Below, in pieces: positions 26,286 to 39,780 of a DNA stretch of 64,000 nt. The position numbers were made by a program, and so were the translations under genes. The notes below the pieces were generated by a model. It did no database searches and was not told where the DNA came from. It was given only the letters and a program-made list of their open reading frames with translations. The stretch covers positions 55,862,001-55,926,000 of the forward strand of contig OX597827.1 in NCBI GenBank assembly GCA_951406725.2, written 5' to 3'. How positions within the stretch are numbered: the first letter of the stretch is position 1; the number at the start of each line of letters is the position of its first letter. This DNA comes from Octopus vulgaris. Its lineage: Eukaryota.

Positions 26286-26897
26286 ATATATATATATTAG
26301 ATTCAGATGAACATGGTACTTAAGTTAAAGGCACCAGAATTTGGTATGGTATTATCCATATAAATCAAATGGGGTGATTATATGTAGCATGAAATGATTG
26401 TACTACACTACCTTGGATATCCTTGCTGCTTATTTTGAATATATATATACACACATACACAAATTGGACAACTGCATATTTGAAAGACCAATGTATATTG
26501 ATCAGCTAACTCAGGGTGGTAACTGAAATGGTTACAAATGTTCTGCTATTTATTATTTTACCTAAAGTTTGATATCTTACATGCAAGCTAATATGTTTGA
26601 GATATTTAAAAGATTAAGCATCAAAAGCAATGGCTTTGACACACCAAATTATGTTAACATTTCCTCCACCATGAAGATATGGTGATGGAGCAGATTGTCT
26701 ATCCTTAAGACAATCCAAATTAAGCTCTTAATCCCCAAGATCTGGAAATGCATGACATATTTCAATAAACATGAATTTAGAAAAAAAACAAACAAAAAAA
26801 TGGAAGTATTTGTTATATAGTTCCAATGAAATGAATATGAAACAATTATCGCATTTCTACAAAAATCAAACCTCCCCCACTATACATACCATATAAT

Positions 26898-27109
26898 CCT
26901 TTCTAATATAGGCACAAGGCCTGAAAGTTAGGGAAGGGGACCAGTCGATTACATCGACCCCTGTGTTTCACTGGTACTTAATTTATCAACCCTGAAAGGA
27001 TGAAAGGCAAAGTCGACCTTGGAGGAATTTGAACTCGGAATACAGCGATGGGTGAAGTACAGCTAAGCATTTCATCCAGCATGCTAACAATTCTCCCAGC
27101 TCACCACCT
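26898..27109 (-). mobile_element. tRNA-derived SINE, family B
   Basis: 17-bp TSD TATACATAC(C/T)ATATAAT at 26881-26897 and 27110-27126. Confidence 0.85.
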
Positions 27110-28223
27110 TATACATACTATATAATGAAGGATAAATAAAATGAATGTTTTGTTCTAGTAAAGGAAGATTTAAAGTAAACCATTTGATTTCCAGAACACC
27201 ATCATTCACCCACCCACATTTCATTGCAAAAAAGATGTCAGAGATAAACTGCATACAAATTATTGTTGAATGTTAAAGTCAAACTAATAGCAGAATTCAT
27301 TAAGATTACAATGCCTTCCAACTGCTGTATTGCCATGTTCAAATGCATATTCAACAACTTCACAGTAAACGATTCATAAGTTCTTCCCATACTGACAATA
27401 ATGGTAATGACAAATTTTAAAGTTTGCTTGACATTTTATAAGTGTGAAAGGGATTAAAATTTCGATATTCCACATCAAAGGTTCCGACAAGAATAGGCAA
27501 AAAAATTCTGTTTACATAATCAGTTTGATCAGTCACCTTCATCGGTTGGTTGAGTAAAGTGTCATCCAATCTGATGTTCATTGGTAATTAAACTTAATTT
27601 GCATCACCTGTGTGTATTTATCAGCTTTGTTTTTGTTGGTAATTCTTATCAACAACTTTTTCTGTGATCATGATTTGAGAAGACATACAGCAGTATGCTA
27701 AAGATCGGACATAATGTCTTGTGGGCAAGAAATGTAAAATAAAGTTTATTACAAATGACACAAACACTTTGTAATTTAATAGCTTTCAATGTGATACCTG
27801 TTTAACAGAAATTATTTTTATTTAATGAAAATTTAATAAAATCTAATCATAAGTGAAATTTTGCTAAATACAACTAAATTGAAAACCTTTCCCCCTGGCT
27901 ATATTGACAATTCTGAAGACTTCTGGGTGCGAATTTTATATGAGTAGAAGCTTTTTTTTAACAAATTTTATCCTGAAAATCATCAGCATAAATTACACAG
28001 GTATGCAAATTACATGGGTTTTTACAGTATTTAACATGGTCCTTAAACAAAAGGACATGTAGAATATGCTACTTTTGCTATAAGGAAGCAACAACAGGCA
28101 CTAAACATACACATATACTATATATATGCAAGACAAATTATGTTTGTAAGTATGCATACATGTAAGTGATGGACAGTCAGACAAATAGAGAAAGAAACAG
28201 TAATATTTTTTTTTTTTACATAC

Positions 28224-28366
28224 TGGTCATAACTGCTTTTAATATCTTGTAATTCTAGAAGCTTTGTCTTCAATTCTTTTATTCTTGCTTTCTGGTTTTG
28301 AAGAACATCTTTAAACTTTGATAGCGTGTCTTCTTTGTCTCTGCATTCATCTTCCAAGCATATAAT
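28224..28366 (-). CDS. CCDC186: CCDC186-like coding exon (IICLEDECRDKEDTLSKFKDVLQNQKARIKELK...SSYD)
   Basis: TACTAG acceptor, GTATGT donor, 143 nt, phase 0 to 2. Matches recalled KCLEDER..EDELSKYKEIINRQK. Confidence 0.9.
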
Positions 28367-29314
28367 CTAGTAAATAGATTGAAGAAGAAACAGTTTAGGA
28401 AAAAATATTCATTTTGATACAGAATCTACAGAAATCATAGCATAATTTTGTTGCAATATTTATAGACTTTTCAATTTTTCTGTAATACACAGTTTTACCT
28501 ATATTTTCCTCTGTAATTTGAAATCTTTTCTCTTTGACAGGTTCCAGTCACTGAATTGCAACTACTCTCAGGATTTAGTCAAAAAGAGTTTAGTTTAAAA
28601 AAATCAACATAAGTACTTAATTTTTGAAGTCTGGTAATTATTCCGTTGTGCCAAATGCTAAGTTACAGGCAGAAAGAAACCAATATTGGTTGTCAAATGC
28701 AGGGAAGGGAGACAAACATAAACACACACACCCATGACAGGGTTCCACACAGTTCCTGCTTGGCAAATTCACTCACAATGCATTGGTCAGCCCAGGGCTA
28801 TAGTAGACAATTGCCCAGTGTGCCATGCAGTGGGATTGAACCCAAAACCATAAGGTTGCAAAGTGAGCTTCTTAACCACACAATGAAGTGTGTTCATAAA
28901 AGTTATAAGGATAGAAATGTTTGACCCATTTGCTCATCTAGATGCCGGTCATTGACAAGGAAGAAATAAAAGCAGACCAACCACTGTATCTTGATTAGAA
29001 ATACAATACAACATCATTATCATTGTATAACTTATCTAGTAATTTAATAACAATCTTGTTGGACTTAAAGAATTTGTAACAGAAAGATTTACAAGACTAT
29101 ATTTTCCTTGTATAGTGGTTGTTATCAAAGCCTATTTATGTCTTGAGTGATAAATAGCTGCAAGTAGATTTCTAAGGACAGGTCTTTACAGATAAGTCAC
29201 TTAAAAATATCTTAGTAAATAATCCCAGTTAAATGAAATCTTCAAGTAAACATTTGATTTGCAGTTCAGTTTAGGCAGCTTTGCAAGATTCAAGTGTTGA
29301 AGCATATTCTGTTG

Positions 29315-29991
29315 TGTCTGGGGAGAGTCATTCTGTTTTAATGCCTTATAATTTAACACACTCACCGGTAAAATTTCCACTCATTTCTCTTTCTCTTTTT
29401 TTCTCTTTTATTTGTTTCAGTCATTTGACTGAGGCTATGCTGGAGCACCGCCCTTAGTCGAGCAAATCGACCCCAGCACTTATTCTTTGGAAGCCTAGTA
29501 CTTATTCTATCGGTCACTTTTGCCGAACCGCTAAGTTGCGGGGATGTAAACACACCAGCATCGGTTGTCAAGAGATGTTGGGGAGACAAACACAGACACA
29601 CAAACATATACACACACATACATATATATATACATATATATGACGGGCTTCTTTCAGTTTCCGTTTACCAAATCCCCTCACAAGGCTTTGGTCGGCCTGA
29701 GGCTATAGTAGAAGGCACTTGCCCAAGGTGCCACGCAATGGGAATGAACCCAGAACCATGTGGTTGGTAAGCAAGCTACTTACCACACAGCCACTCCTGC
29801 ACCTAATTTATTTTCTAAACTTTTCATTGCATCTTGCAACCTTTCCAATAGTTGTTGAGAGTCAACAACTATTGAAATGTTTGCAAGATGCAATGAAAAT
29901 TTTAGAAAAATAAATAAGTCAATGAGTAGAAATTTTACTGGTGAATGTGTTAAATTATAAGGCACTAAAAGAGAATGACTCTCCCCAGACA
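29315..29991. mobile_element. Long palindromic element interrupted by a family A SINE
   Basis: 29315-29385 mirrors about 29921-29991. The inner arms mirror around 29859-29861. Confidence 0.75.
29386..29802 (-). mobile_element. tRNA-derived SINE, family A (young, CpG retained)
   Basis: Reverse complement of 3921-4327, inserted in one palindrome arm. Confidence 0.85.
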
Positions 29992-30352
29992 TTTCACAAA
30001 CTGTTATCATCATCATTTGACATCTGTATTCCATGCTGGCATAGGTTGGATGGTTTGACAGGATCCAGTGAGCTGTGGGGTTGTGGCATGCTCCAATGTC
30101 AGCTTTGGCATGGTTTCAACATTTGGATGCCATTCCTAATGCCAACCACATTTCATTGTGTACTGCATATTTCTTTTTGTGCCACCAGCACTAGTGAGAT
30201 CACCAAGTAACTTGCAAGACAACAAATGAACAGTAAAAAAGGGAAAAGGAAAAAAGCTCCCTTTTGACTAAATGGGGGTGAGGGTAGCATCTGAGATGGA
30301 AAGGGCAGATGGTTCTATGCTGGGTGTTGAGGTGCTGAAGATTGATGGAGAA

Positions 30353-30582
30353 GGCAGCGAACTGGCAGAATCGTTAGCACGCCGGGCAAAATGCGTAGCT
30401 GTATTTCATCTGCCGTTACGTTCTGAGTTCAAATTCCATCGAGGTCGACTTTGCCTTTCATCCTTTCGGGGTCGATAAATTAAGTACCAGTTATGCACTG
30501 GGGGCGATGTAATCGACTTAATCTGTTTGTCTGTCCTTATTTGTCCCCTCTATGTTTAGCCCCTTGTGGGCAATAAAGAAAT
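30353..30582 (+). mobile_element. tRNA-derived SINE, family B, full length
   Basis: Exact 15-bp TSD AAGATTGATGGAGAA at 30338-30352 and 30583-30597. Box B GAGTTCAAATTCC. Confidence 0.9.
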
Positions 30583-30994
30583 AAGATTGATGGAGAAACA
30601 AGTCTATAGACAAGATACAAGGTTATTCCACATTATATAAATCAGTGGGGAGGAGTAAAAGGAGAGAAGATAGAGATGGTGGTGACAAGATCAAAAATTG
30701 TTCAAGCAGGCTGACATTGGTTTCATGAAATTATTTTTAGTCTTCAAAAGTTGATTAGCTTGCTGATTCTCTTCATTAAGATATGTTTATCTCAATGTCA
30801 TGAGATAGCACAGAAGTAGAGTAATTAGACAAAATAAGAGACACAGAACCAGTTTATATATTCATTTATTACTACACAACGGTCTTTTATCTCTACTAGC
30901 ATTGGTTATAATGGATTTTGCAAATAAGGACAATTGTTTATAACTGCTAAATATGAATCTATAAAATATTTCACATTGCTTCCTTCATTTAGCT

Positions 30995-31395
30995 TACGAG
31001 AGCAGGCCAAAAAGTACATAAGTTGACTATGAAGGAGTGATGTGAGAGCTGTGAAATCTTGCATGCTTTAATTTCAACTCATCTTATTAATAACTAGATT
31101 GTTTCTTTCCAGGTTAACTGACATCTGACAGTTCAAAGAAGACTTGAAGAGTAACTTGAAATGACTTCTCTTGAAAATGGACAAAATTTGGCATCATGAT
31201 GTTATCAAATACCTTCAGAAAAAAGGGTTTAGCTCACAAGGACATTCATACTGAGATGGTTACTGCATTAGGGGATGATGCTCCAATTTATCAACAGCAC
31301 ACAAGTGGGGAGTTGAATTTAGGTGGGAAGGGAAGAGTCCTGAAGATGACCCAAGGTCTGGAAGTCCTACAACAGCCACTGCCAAGGAAAAACTT
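30995..31395 (+). mobile_element. Mariner-family transposon 5' fragment (frameshifted N-terminal HTH)
   Basis: TACGAG TIR-like start. From 31177: MDKIWHHDVIKYLQKKG/LAHKDIHTEMVTALGDDAP/..KW..EF.....EDDPRSG.P, typical of mariner transposase N-termini. Confidence 0.8.
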
Positions 31396-32204
31396 TTCAG
31401 CCAACCCTAAAAAATATCAAAGATGAATTTTATATGGTAGACTACCTCAGAAGTTCTTACAATAGGTGCTTCTCCAGGGGTGCTGGGATTGGATAAAGGA
31501 TCTCAGTAGTGAAAAAATTTCATTTATTGTTATAGCTTTTGAAATATATTGTGTTATGGTCTCATATAATGTTTATGGATAGTGTGATTTATACACTTGC
31601 TTCCCAATTGCATGGTTTTTGTATTCTGTCCCGATGCTCAATACCTTTGGAAAATGTCCTGGGCTGACCAAAACCTTGTTAATAGACTTGGTAAATGGAA
31701 ACTGAAAGAAGCCTATTGTGAGTGGGAGTGAGTGTGTATGTGAGAGAGAGTATGTGTGTGTATGTGAGAGAGAGTGTGTGTGTGTGTGCCCTTGCCTAGA
31801 CATTGCATGATGGTTATAAACGAGCATCACGATTATACGAGTGAAGTTGTTTGTTTCAAGTCTTCTGTGAGAAACATGTTTAGCCACAGAGAAATTTTAC
31901 CTTGTTTGGAAACAGGTAAGGCTTGGCAACAGAGAGGAGCATCCAACCATAGAAAATCTGTTGAATTCCATCTGACCCATGTAAGCATGGGAAAGTGGTC
32001 ATTAAAATGATGACGACGATAATGGCAACGACGACGATGACATTGTCAATGATAATGAGGTGTAGAATCAGGGTAGTGGACTGAAAAATTTTGGTAATCA
32101 CTGGTCTGCTGTGTATGTAATGGTAAAGACCATAGAATAATAGTAAATTCTAACTTCATGACGAACTTGTATTTCAAGTTCTTCAGGAGGCACTGGGAAA
32201 TTAA

Positions 32205-32775
32205 ATTTCATCTGCTTTTGTATTGAGATGCATCTTGGATATAAAGTGGAATGACCAAGTCACCAACACTGAAGTTCTCAACCATGCCAAGACACCCAGC
32301 ACATTCACCCTGCTCCAGCAGCGCTGTGTGCACTGGCTTGGTTATGTATATCGTATACTGGACAAGAAGATCCCCAAAGACTTCCTGCGTGGGAAATTGG
32401 CCACCAGCACAAGAGCATGAGGATGACCTCATCTTCATTTCAAAGATGTCTGCAAGAAAGATATGGTCAATAGATCTGGATGTCCTGAGATGGGAGGAAG
32501 TCACAAAATGGTTGTGCATGCTGGAGACAAATACTGCACAAGGGGATGGAGTGAGGGGATAAGAAACTGGAATTTGCCACCAAAGAAAATTGTGCTCAAA
32601 GAAAGGAAAAGTCAGCAGCATCGTTACAGAGTTTCTTCAAATGCAGTTGTTGCATGTGAGACTTCCACACCTCTGTGGGCCTGTAAAGCGACAGCTGATG
32701 CTGCACCACCATCAGCAGCTGATACAAATTCCCCAGGTACAGATCCATGGTCTGTCAAGACCAACGGATACCTAT
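32205..32775 (+). mobile_element. RTE/BovB-like LINE 3' fragment
   Basis: LRCILDIKWNDQVTNTEVL...HWLGYVYR...IPKDFLRGKL..PHLHFKDVCKKDM. Ends CCATGGTCTGTCAAGACCAACGGATACCTA. Confidence 0.8.
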
Positions 32776-32952
32776 CTATTCCGGAATAACACTACAGTAG
32801 ATTTAAAGAGGAGTGATGTCCAATTCTACTTCACATCAAACAGGGGTGCTGGACTAATAAAAAGCTAAGGAACACTTTATTTGATAATGCCTTGACAAAA
32901 ATCCCTTGAGTGTGCATAGTAGATGATGAGAATAGGTGATTTTGATAGAAAA

Positions 32953-33352
32953 TTTCTTTTACTTGTTTCAGTCATTGGACCGTGGCCATGCTAGAGCACT
33001 GCTCAAAGGCTTTAGTTGAACCAATCAACTTCAGTACTTATTTTTAAGTCTGGTGCTTATTCTATTAGTCTCTTTTGCCAAATTGCTAAGTTACAGGGAT
33101 GTAAACAAACCAACACCAGTTGTCAAATGGTGATGGGGGACAAATACAAAAATATACACATTTAGATATATACACGCACATATATACATATATGACAGGC
33201 TTCTTTGAGTTTCCTTCTACCAAATCCACTCAGAAGGCTTTGGTCAACCCTAGTTTGTAATAGTAGAAGACACTTGCCCAAGGTGCCACCCAATGGGACT
33301 GAACACAAAACCAAATGGTTTGGAAACAAGCTTTTTAACCACACAGCTACAT
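32953..33352 (-). mobile_element. tRNA-derived SINE, family A
   Basis: Diverged reverse complement of family A. Confidence 0.75.
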
Positions 33353-34012
33353 TGATAAACATATAGATAAATGTTAGAAACTATAAAGATACATGTTATT
33401 ACTGAGTTTTTTTTTTTATTAGCAACATCATAAGATTTGAATAGTTTAAGGTGAACAGAGGGTGTATCAGTTGATACTTTTCTCCTCTGTTTTGGTTTCT
33501 ATTTTCTCTTAAATCTTCGTCTGTAATTATTGCGATATCTGCGATTGACAGTTTTCATTGTCAACTATGTATGATTCAACTAGGTCAGCCTTTCATCAGA
33601 CGAAAATAGTTCATAAACATACATGGAAATAAATAGAAGAGACTAATGGGAACATGACAGAAGACAATGACATGAGAGTATGGAGAAAGAGGAGATATGT
33701 GGATAGAAGGGAAGGTAAAGAGAAGGAGAGAAAATTGTTGGGAGATTGGATAGAAAAAGAGATAGGAAAGTAGAGTGGAATAATTGAAAGAGAAAGAGAG
33801 ACTGAAAGGGAGAAAGTGAAGATCAAGAAAGGGAGACAAGAATAAAGAGTGAAAATAGGAAGGGTGGGGAAGAAGGCAAAAATAGAAAAAAGGAATAGAG
33901 TGATTGAAAGAGGAACTATGATTAGGGAGAGAGAGAGTGGGAAGGGAGAATTGCTAATTTGTGACAATTAATGAAACAAACACGCACACATATATAGATG
34001 CATATATATGTC

Positions 34013-34305
34013 AGGATGCATGGCCTAGTAGTTAGGATGTTGCACTCATGATTGTAAGATCGTGGTTTCAATTCCTAAATTGGGTGGTGCATTGTGTTCT
34101 TGATCAAAACACTTCATCTCACGTTGCTCTGTGATCACTTCAACACCTGGTGTGCGGTACACCGTTCACCTGTTCAGGCAACATCAATTAGATGGAGATT
34201 GCGAGCTAATGTACGGCACATTCATTCAATCATTATAAACAAATTACTTGTGCAGGTCATTCAGCAAGCTGAACAATCATATGTCATCTTCGACGGGAGA
34301 GTCCA
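34013..34305 (+). mobile_element. tRNA-derived SINE (head like the 17536 element, different tail; sister copy at about 13645-13895)
   Basis: TGGCCTAGTAGTTAGG...GGTTTCAATTCC head, TCTTGATCAAAACACTTCATCTCAC core. Confidence 0.65.
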
Positions 34306-34930
34306 TCATGTGTGTGTGTATGTATAAAATTTCATTCAGTCAATAGTATACAGATCAAAACATACTCTGTTCCAATGTTCTTTTGTATGGTTATCATACT
34401 CTATTCCAATGTTCTTTTGTATTAGGTAAACACATTTTACCTTATTACTTAAATATACATTGTTGGAAAATATTACAGGTTTATATTTACAGCAACATAA
34501 AATACCATTATGACATACATTAATACAATATAGTTCTTTAAAATTCCTTATGATATATATTTACAGGAATTCCAAGGATCAATTAATGACATTTTCATGG
34601 ACACTAGTGTGTCACTAGAATTGTTCACACAAGTGCCATTACTAATAGAAGTGCCATTTTTTTTCTTTTTTTCTTCGAGTGTGTGTGCTTTACTGTAAAA
34701 TATTCTTGTTCGCTTCCATTTTTTTCTGATTTTCTTTTTAGTGTGGTTGTGTTCATTTTCACAATATCTAAGTGGAATGTTGTCTATAAGTCTAGTAAGC
34801 TGGAGATAGACTTCACACACACACAAAAGACATTTCCCATGGTACTGATCAGTGAGGTCAAACTTGGGGCTGTGGTTTTGAAGTCATCTTCTTAACTGTG
34901 AAACTCTGCCTCAGCCTATACTCTTTAGAC

Positions 34931-35368
34931 AAGTGGTTCTCAACCACTTTTTGCTTACTGACCCCTTTGAGTCACATTTTATTCTACTGGACTTCATAAC
35001 CATTCACTATATATATAAAAAAAATCTTACTGTGTTTTTATAATTAAATATTATTAGCGCGGGCATGGCTGTGTGGTTAGGGAGCTTGCTTCCTAGCTAC
35101 ATGGTTTCGGGTTCAGTCCCACTGCGTGGCACTTTGGGTAGGTGTCTTCCACTATAGCCCCGAGCCGACCGGAGCTTTGTGATTGAATTCGGTAGGTGGA
35201 AGTTACTGCCGTGTGTGTATGTGTGTGTATAGCTGCTCAGTGCCTCTCCGAAAGAGAGAGAGGGAATTGTATAAAAAACATTAAAATCAATTTATTGCAC
35301 ATAAATTTTGACAACAAAATCTTATATGGACCCCCTAAGGCCATATGAACCCTGGTTGAGAACCACTG
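34931..35368. mobile_element. hAT (Charlie/MER20-like) MITE containing a partial family A SINE
   Basis: AGTGGTTCTCAACC...GGTTGAGAACCACTG TIRs. Exact 8-bp TSD CTTTAGAC at 34923-34930 and 35369-35376. Confidence 0.85.
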
Positions 35369-35942
35369 CTTTAGACCATAAATTTGTAAGAGAGGGCTAT
35401 ATTTAATTGAATCAACACCCATTCTACATCAATAATCACCATCGTCGTTTAATGTCTGCTTTCCATGCTGGCATGGTTTGGACAGTCTGACTGAAAACTG
35501 GTAAGCTGGAGGGGCTGTACTAGGCTCCAGTCTGATTTGGCAAGGTTTCTATGGCTGGATGCCCTTCCTAATGCCAGCCAGTCTGAGAGTGTAGTGGGTG
35601 ATATTTTCGTGTCATAGGTACAGGTGCCATTGACCTGACACCAGCATTGGCCACGACTATGGTCTCACTTGGCTTGACAGGTCAACACAAACACGGTATA
35701 TTGCCAAGGGTCTAGGTCACTTGTCACTGCATCCATTGATTTAGAAAGGGTGAAAGATGTTAAGTTACCTTGGTGGGATTTGAACTCAAAATATAGAAGG
35801 ACATAGGAAAATACTTTAAATCAATAACTGAAACATCAGTACCACAACTAATGCTACCACACTCACCACCACCACCACCACTGCTGCTATTACTAACAAC
35901 ATCAGCAACTTGCTGGAAGTTAAGACATAAATAGTTTCTTAC

Positions 35943-36029
35943 TTTGTCTTTCTTGGTTTTCATTTCTTCCATTAAATCCTTGTGTTGAGTTTTCAAGAGT
36001 TCTAATTCTTTCAGTACTGTTTGATGAAT
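35943..36029 (-). CDS. CCDC186: CCDC186-like coding exon (IHQTVLKELELLKTQHKDLMEEMKTKKDK)
   Basis: TTGTAG acceptor, GTAAGA donor, 87 nt, phase 0-0. Confidence 0.88.
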
Positions 36030-37525
36030 CTACAACAAACACAAACATAGTAAAATCAACTTCAACAATACTTTGACAATAACCATGAACACAGCTGATG
36101 CAAACACTTTTCTGTACAGCTGTGACATAGACCAATGTATACAGGAGATATGCTAATCTGTTACTGTTGCTTTTTTTTGGAAACAATTCATAAGGAATTA
36201 AAGAGTTGCATGCAATATCCAAACTTGTCCTGTAGTGTTTTAGATTTGTATTGTATTGTTGTTTAATCCCCAGGCCAACACTGATTAAGCAGGCTTATGA
36301 TTAAAGGCCCTCCAACCAAGACCTCCTTGTATTTTTTTTTACACAGATCATAGGGTAGCGAGGATTTTGTAGCTTATATGGTATAAGGCAACTTCACTAG
36401 TGTCAGTGTCACAACAAAATTTACCCAGTACTCTCTGTAAAGTGGCTGGCAAATGAGCTGAAACAAGGTGGGGTCAAAAGGACTCTTCAGTCTTGTTGAG
36501 TACATTAACCTCTCTAATTCTGGAGCCATTAAGAAATACACCCAGCACATTTTGTAAAGTGGTTGGTGATAGGAAGTGCATCCAGCCATAGTAACCAAGC
36601 CACCATGAAATGTACAAGCAAGACACCGTCCTCCAGTTTATCTAAGAGAGTAGTGACTTCAAATAAGGACTCAAACCAAGCCAGCAAGGAATGTGGATGT
36701 AAAATGATGACGATTTAGGGTTACATATTTTAAAGCATCCTTCCTTTTTAAGACAGTTTGATAGGTCAGGTGACAGTGTAGAGCTTCCCTCATTGGCTTG
36801 TACTCTGTAGTTTTGAAAGCATGTGGGTGTCAACTGGACAGCAAGTAAGATTAGTTCTGAATTGATCATGGCTCTTATGAGCTCTGTATACAATATTTTC
36901 TCTATCATCTGTATTTGCTAATTTGAGGGGATAGAGTGGCTCACATTCTGTACATCTCAGCAAATATCATGTTTTAAACCTTAGCATTGTATTTTGTTAT
37001 AGACCACTCTACATGATTCTCTTTTCTTACAATGCCATGTAAAAGTGCCCATGCTGGTGCTATGTAAAAATGCTCAAGCCAGTGCTCTGAAAAAGCACCT
37101 GTGCCGATGCTATGCAAAAGCACCTGTGCCAGTGTCATATAAAAGTGTACACACTGTAATGTAGTTGGTGTTAGGAAGAGCATCCAACCATAAAAACCAA
37201 GCCAAAACAGACAAATGGAGCCTGGGCAGCCCTCAAATCAGCCAGCTCCTGTCAAACCATACAACCCATGTTAGCATGGAGAATGGACATTAATGATGAT
37301 GATGAAGATGATGATAAAGATGATGATGATGATGAAGATGATGTGAAATAACTATTATAACAGTTTATTCTTTCCATAAATATTCACAGTTGCAGAATTA
37401 ACCAAATTGAAAGGTTTATGGAAAAATGTTGAAAAAGACAATTCACAAAATATATAGAATTTACTATAACACACTGAATCTTTCATTATGTGATTAAAAA
37501 AATAATACAAGGGAATTGTTCTTAC

Positions 37526-37624
37526 CTGTTGATGATCACTTCTTTCTTGCTCATGGCATTTTAGTTCAACTTGTTTAGCTTTTAACTGATTATCCAAAGA
37601 ATTTGACTTGATCTCTTCAGATTC
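37526..37624 (-). CDS. CCDC186: CCDC186-like coding exon (ESEEIKSNSLDNQLKAKQVELKCHEQERSDHQQ)
   Basis: TCGTAG acceptor, GTAAGA donor, 99 nt. ESEEIKSN is a recalled CCDC186 motif. Confidence 0.93.
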
Positions 37625-38596
37625 CTACGATGAGAAAATAATATAAAAAGGTAAAAATAGGTTACGTATTTCAAGAGAAATCACCGACATAAATAGATTT
37701 CTGAAATAATAAATTTTTCACCATGAATCTGAAAAGAATGGATGAATAATTTTACACCGAGTAATTTTATCCTATACAATATTACTTTTTAGGGTTATTT
37801 GTTTGTTTCACCTGGTTTTTAATGTACAAAGGATACTTTCAAGTTTAAAAGATGAGTGATTAGATATGTGGCTGATAGTGGTAATAGGGTGCTTCTTATA
37901 TAAAACTAAAATTTAAGTATTCAAGAAATGAGAGTTCCAAGGTAAACTGAAGTCATGAAGAAATACAGTGAACATCATTTAATGAATAGTCTGGAGTGGA
38001 GACAGAGTGTGGATGATGAAAGGAATAAAAGATAAAATAATATATAGCAAGTAGGCTGAAATATTTTCAGTGAAAAAATGAAATCAATAACTGTTATAAT
38101 TTCGAAATTTTAAAATTTGATTTTATTTCAAATTTCATACTGACAATAAGAAAGTGCTTAACCAATAAGAAAATGTTTAGCATTCAGATTATACTACCAA
38201 ATGTAATCCTTATTTATCCACATTGTTTTGAATTTATCATGCATTATCTTGTAGCTTCGATAAATAATGACATTACTGAAATCTCAAAGCTATGAGACAA
38301 TGCATGATTAATTCAAATCAATGTGAATATATATATGTATTACATTTGACAAAATAACCTGAATGCTAAAGGGGTAAATATCTACATAAAAAAAAAAAAA
38401 TAGAATTGGCATTTTCCGCAAGTCCTGTTGCCTCAATAAACTTGATATATCACAAAAAAAAATAGCTTTAAATATGACATTGTGCAACAGAAGATAGATT
38501 GGTATATAAAACAGCTTTCTGCAGTTAAGACTAATAAAATTTTGAGCGAATATATCTATCTTCCACAGCAGAAGGGGTAATGGTATATATCTAGAG

Positions 38597-38800
38597 CAGT
38601 GATTCTCAACCATTTTTTTTACATATGGGTCTCTTTGATTCTTATTTTACTCAGATGGACTTTCCTAACAATTTGAGGTTTAAAAGATCCTATTATATGT
38701 TTATAATTAAATATTATTACGAAGTGTACAAAAAAAATTGTTAAAACAAACCCTTATATGAACCCCCAATAGCCATGTGGATCCCAGTTGGGAACCACTG
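38597..38800. mobile_element. hAT MITE, same family
   Basis: CAGTGATTCTCAAC...GTTGGGAACCACTG, TSD AT(C/A)TAGAG. Confidence 0.8.
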
Positions 38801-39189
38801 ATATAGAGTCATTTGGCAGCAATTGAAATATTTGTTTAAAATGAAATGGCAAATTTTCAGAAAGTGATTTGAACTTTACCCAACAAGTCTCCAATTCTAA
38901 ACTGGGATCATCATTCTGACATTGATAATTTCAGACACAGGCATAAGGCCCAGGATTTGAGAGGAGGAGTAAGTCAATTAAATGAATCCCAATACTTGAC
39001 TGATACTTTATTTTATCAGTCTCAGGAGGAGGAAAGGCAAAGTTGTCTTTGGTGTGATTTGAAATCAGAGTATAGCGAGTCAAAATGCCATAAAGCATTC
39101 TGTTCAAGGCTCTAACAACTCCTCTGTCAATCCACCTCTTTGAGCTCGACAATGAAAATAATAATTAAAGAGACATTGAATGTACAAAC

Positions 39190-39294
39190 CTGGTATGTCC
39201 GGATAATGGCTTGGCAATCTCGACGAATTTGCTCACATTCTTCTTTCGATTCTTTTAATTTAGTATTTAGAATTTGCAAAGAAGCTTTGGTCTC
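39190..39294 (-). CDS. CCDC186: CCDC186-like coding exon (ETKASLQILNTKLKESKEECEQIRRDCQAIIRTYQ)
   Basis: TTCCAG acceptor, GTTTGT donor, 105 nt. Matches recalled KEEADQIRKNCQDMIKTYQ. Confidence 0.92.
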
Positions 39295-39545
39295 CTGGAA
39301 AAAATAAGAACAATTTTATTACTTTTCCTGTAACTGACAGTATGCTAAAAGAAAAGAAAGAAAAACAGATAGACAGACTAAGTCAGTGTGTCATCATCTT
39401 CATCGTTTAATGTACATTTTCCATGCTGGCATGTGCTGGACAGTTTGACAAGAGCTGCCCAGTCTCTAATTGTCTATTTTGGCATGGTTTCTACAGCTGG
39501 ATGCACTTCCTAACACCAACCACTTTACAGAATCTGGTGGTACTT

Positions 39546-39780
39546 AAGGCGGTGAGCTGGCAGAAATGTTAGCACGCTGGGCGAAACACTTAGCAGTATT
39601 TCGTCTGTCTTTATGTTCAGAGTTCAAATTCCGCTGAGGTCGACTTTGCCTTTCATCCTTTCGGGGGTCGATAAATTAAGTACCAGTAACAAACTGGGGT
39701 CAATGTAATCGACTCAATCCCTTTGTCTGTCCTTGTTTGCCCCCCTCTATGTTTAGCCCCTTGTGGGCAATAAAGAAATA
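39546..39780 (+). mobile_element. tRNA-derived SINE, family B, inserted in an RTE-tail repeat
   Basis: 17-bp TSD AGAA(T/C)CTGGTGGTACTT at 39529-39545 and 39781-39797. Confidence 0.9.

Noticed and set aside
37030-37150. ~22-24-bp repeated units that superficially resemble a repeat-spacer array
   Set aside because: Degenerate tandem repeats within the RTE-type 3' UTR repeat, with no unique spacers and a eukaryotic context. Not CRISPR.
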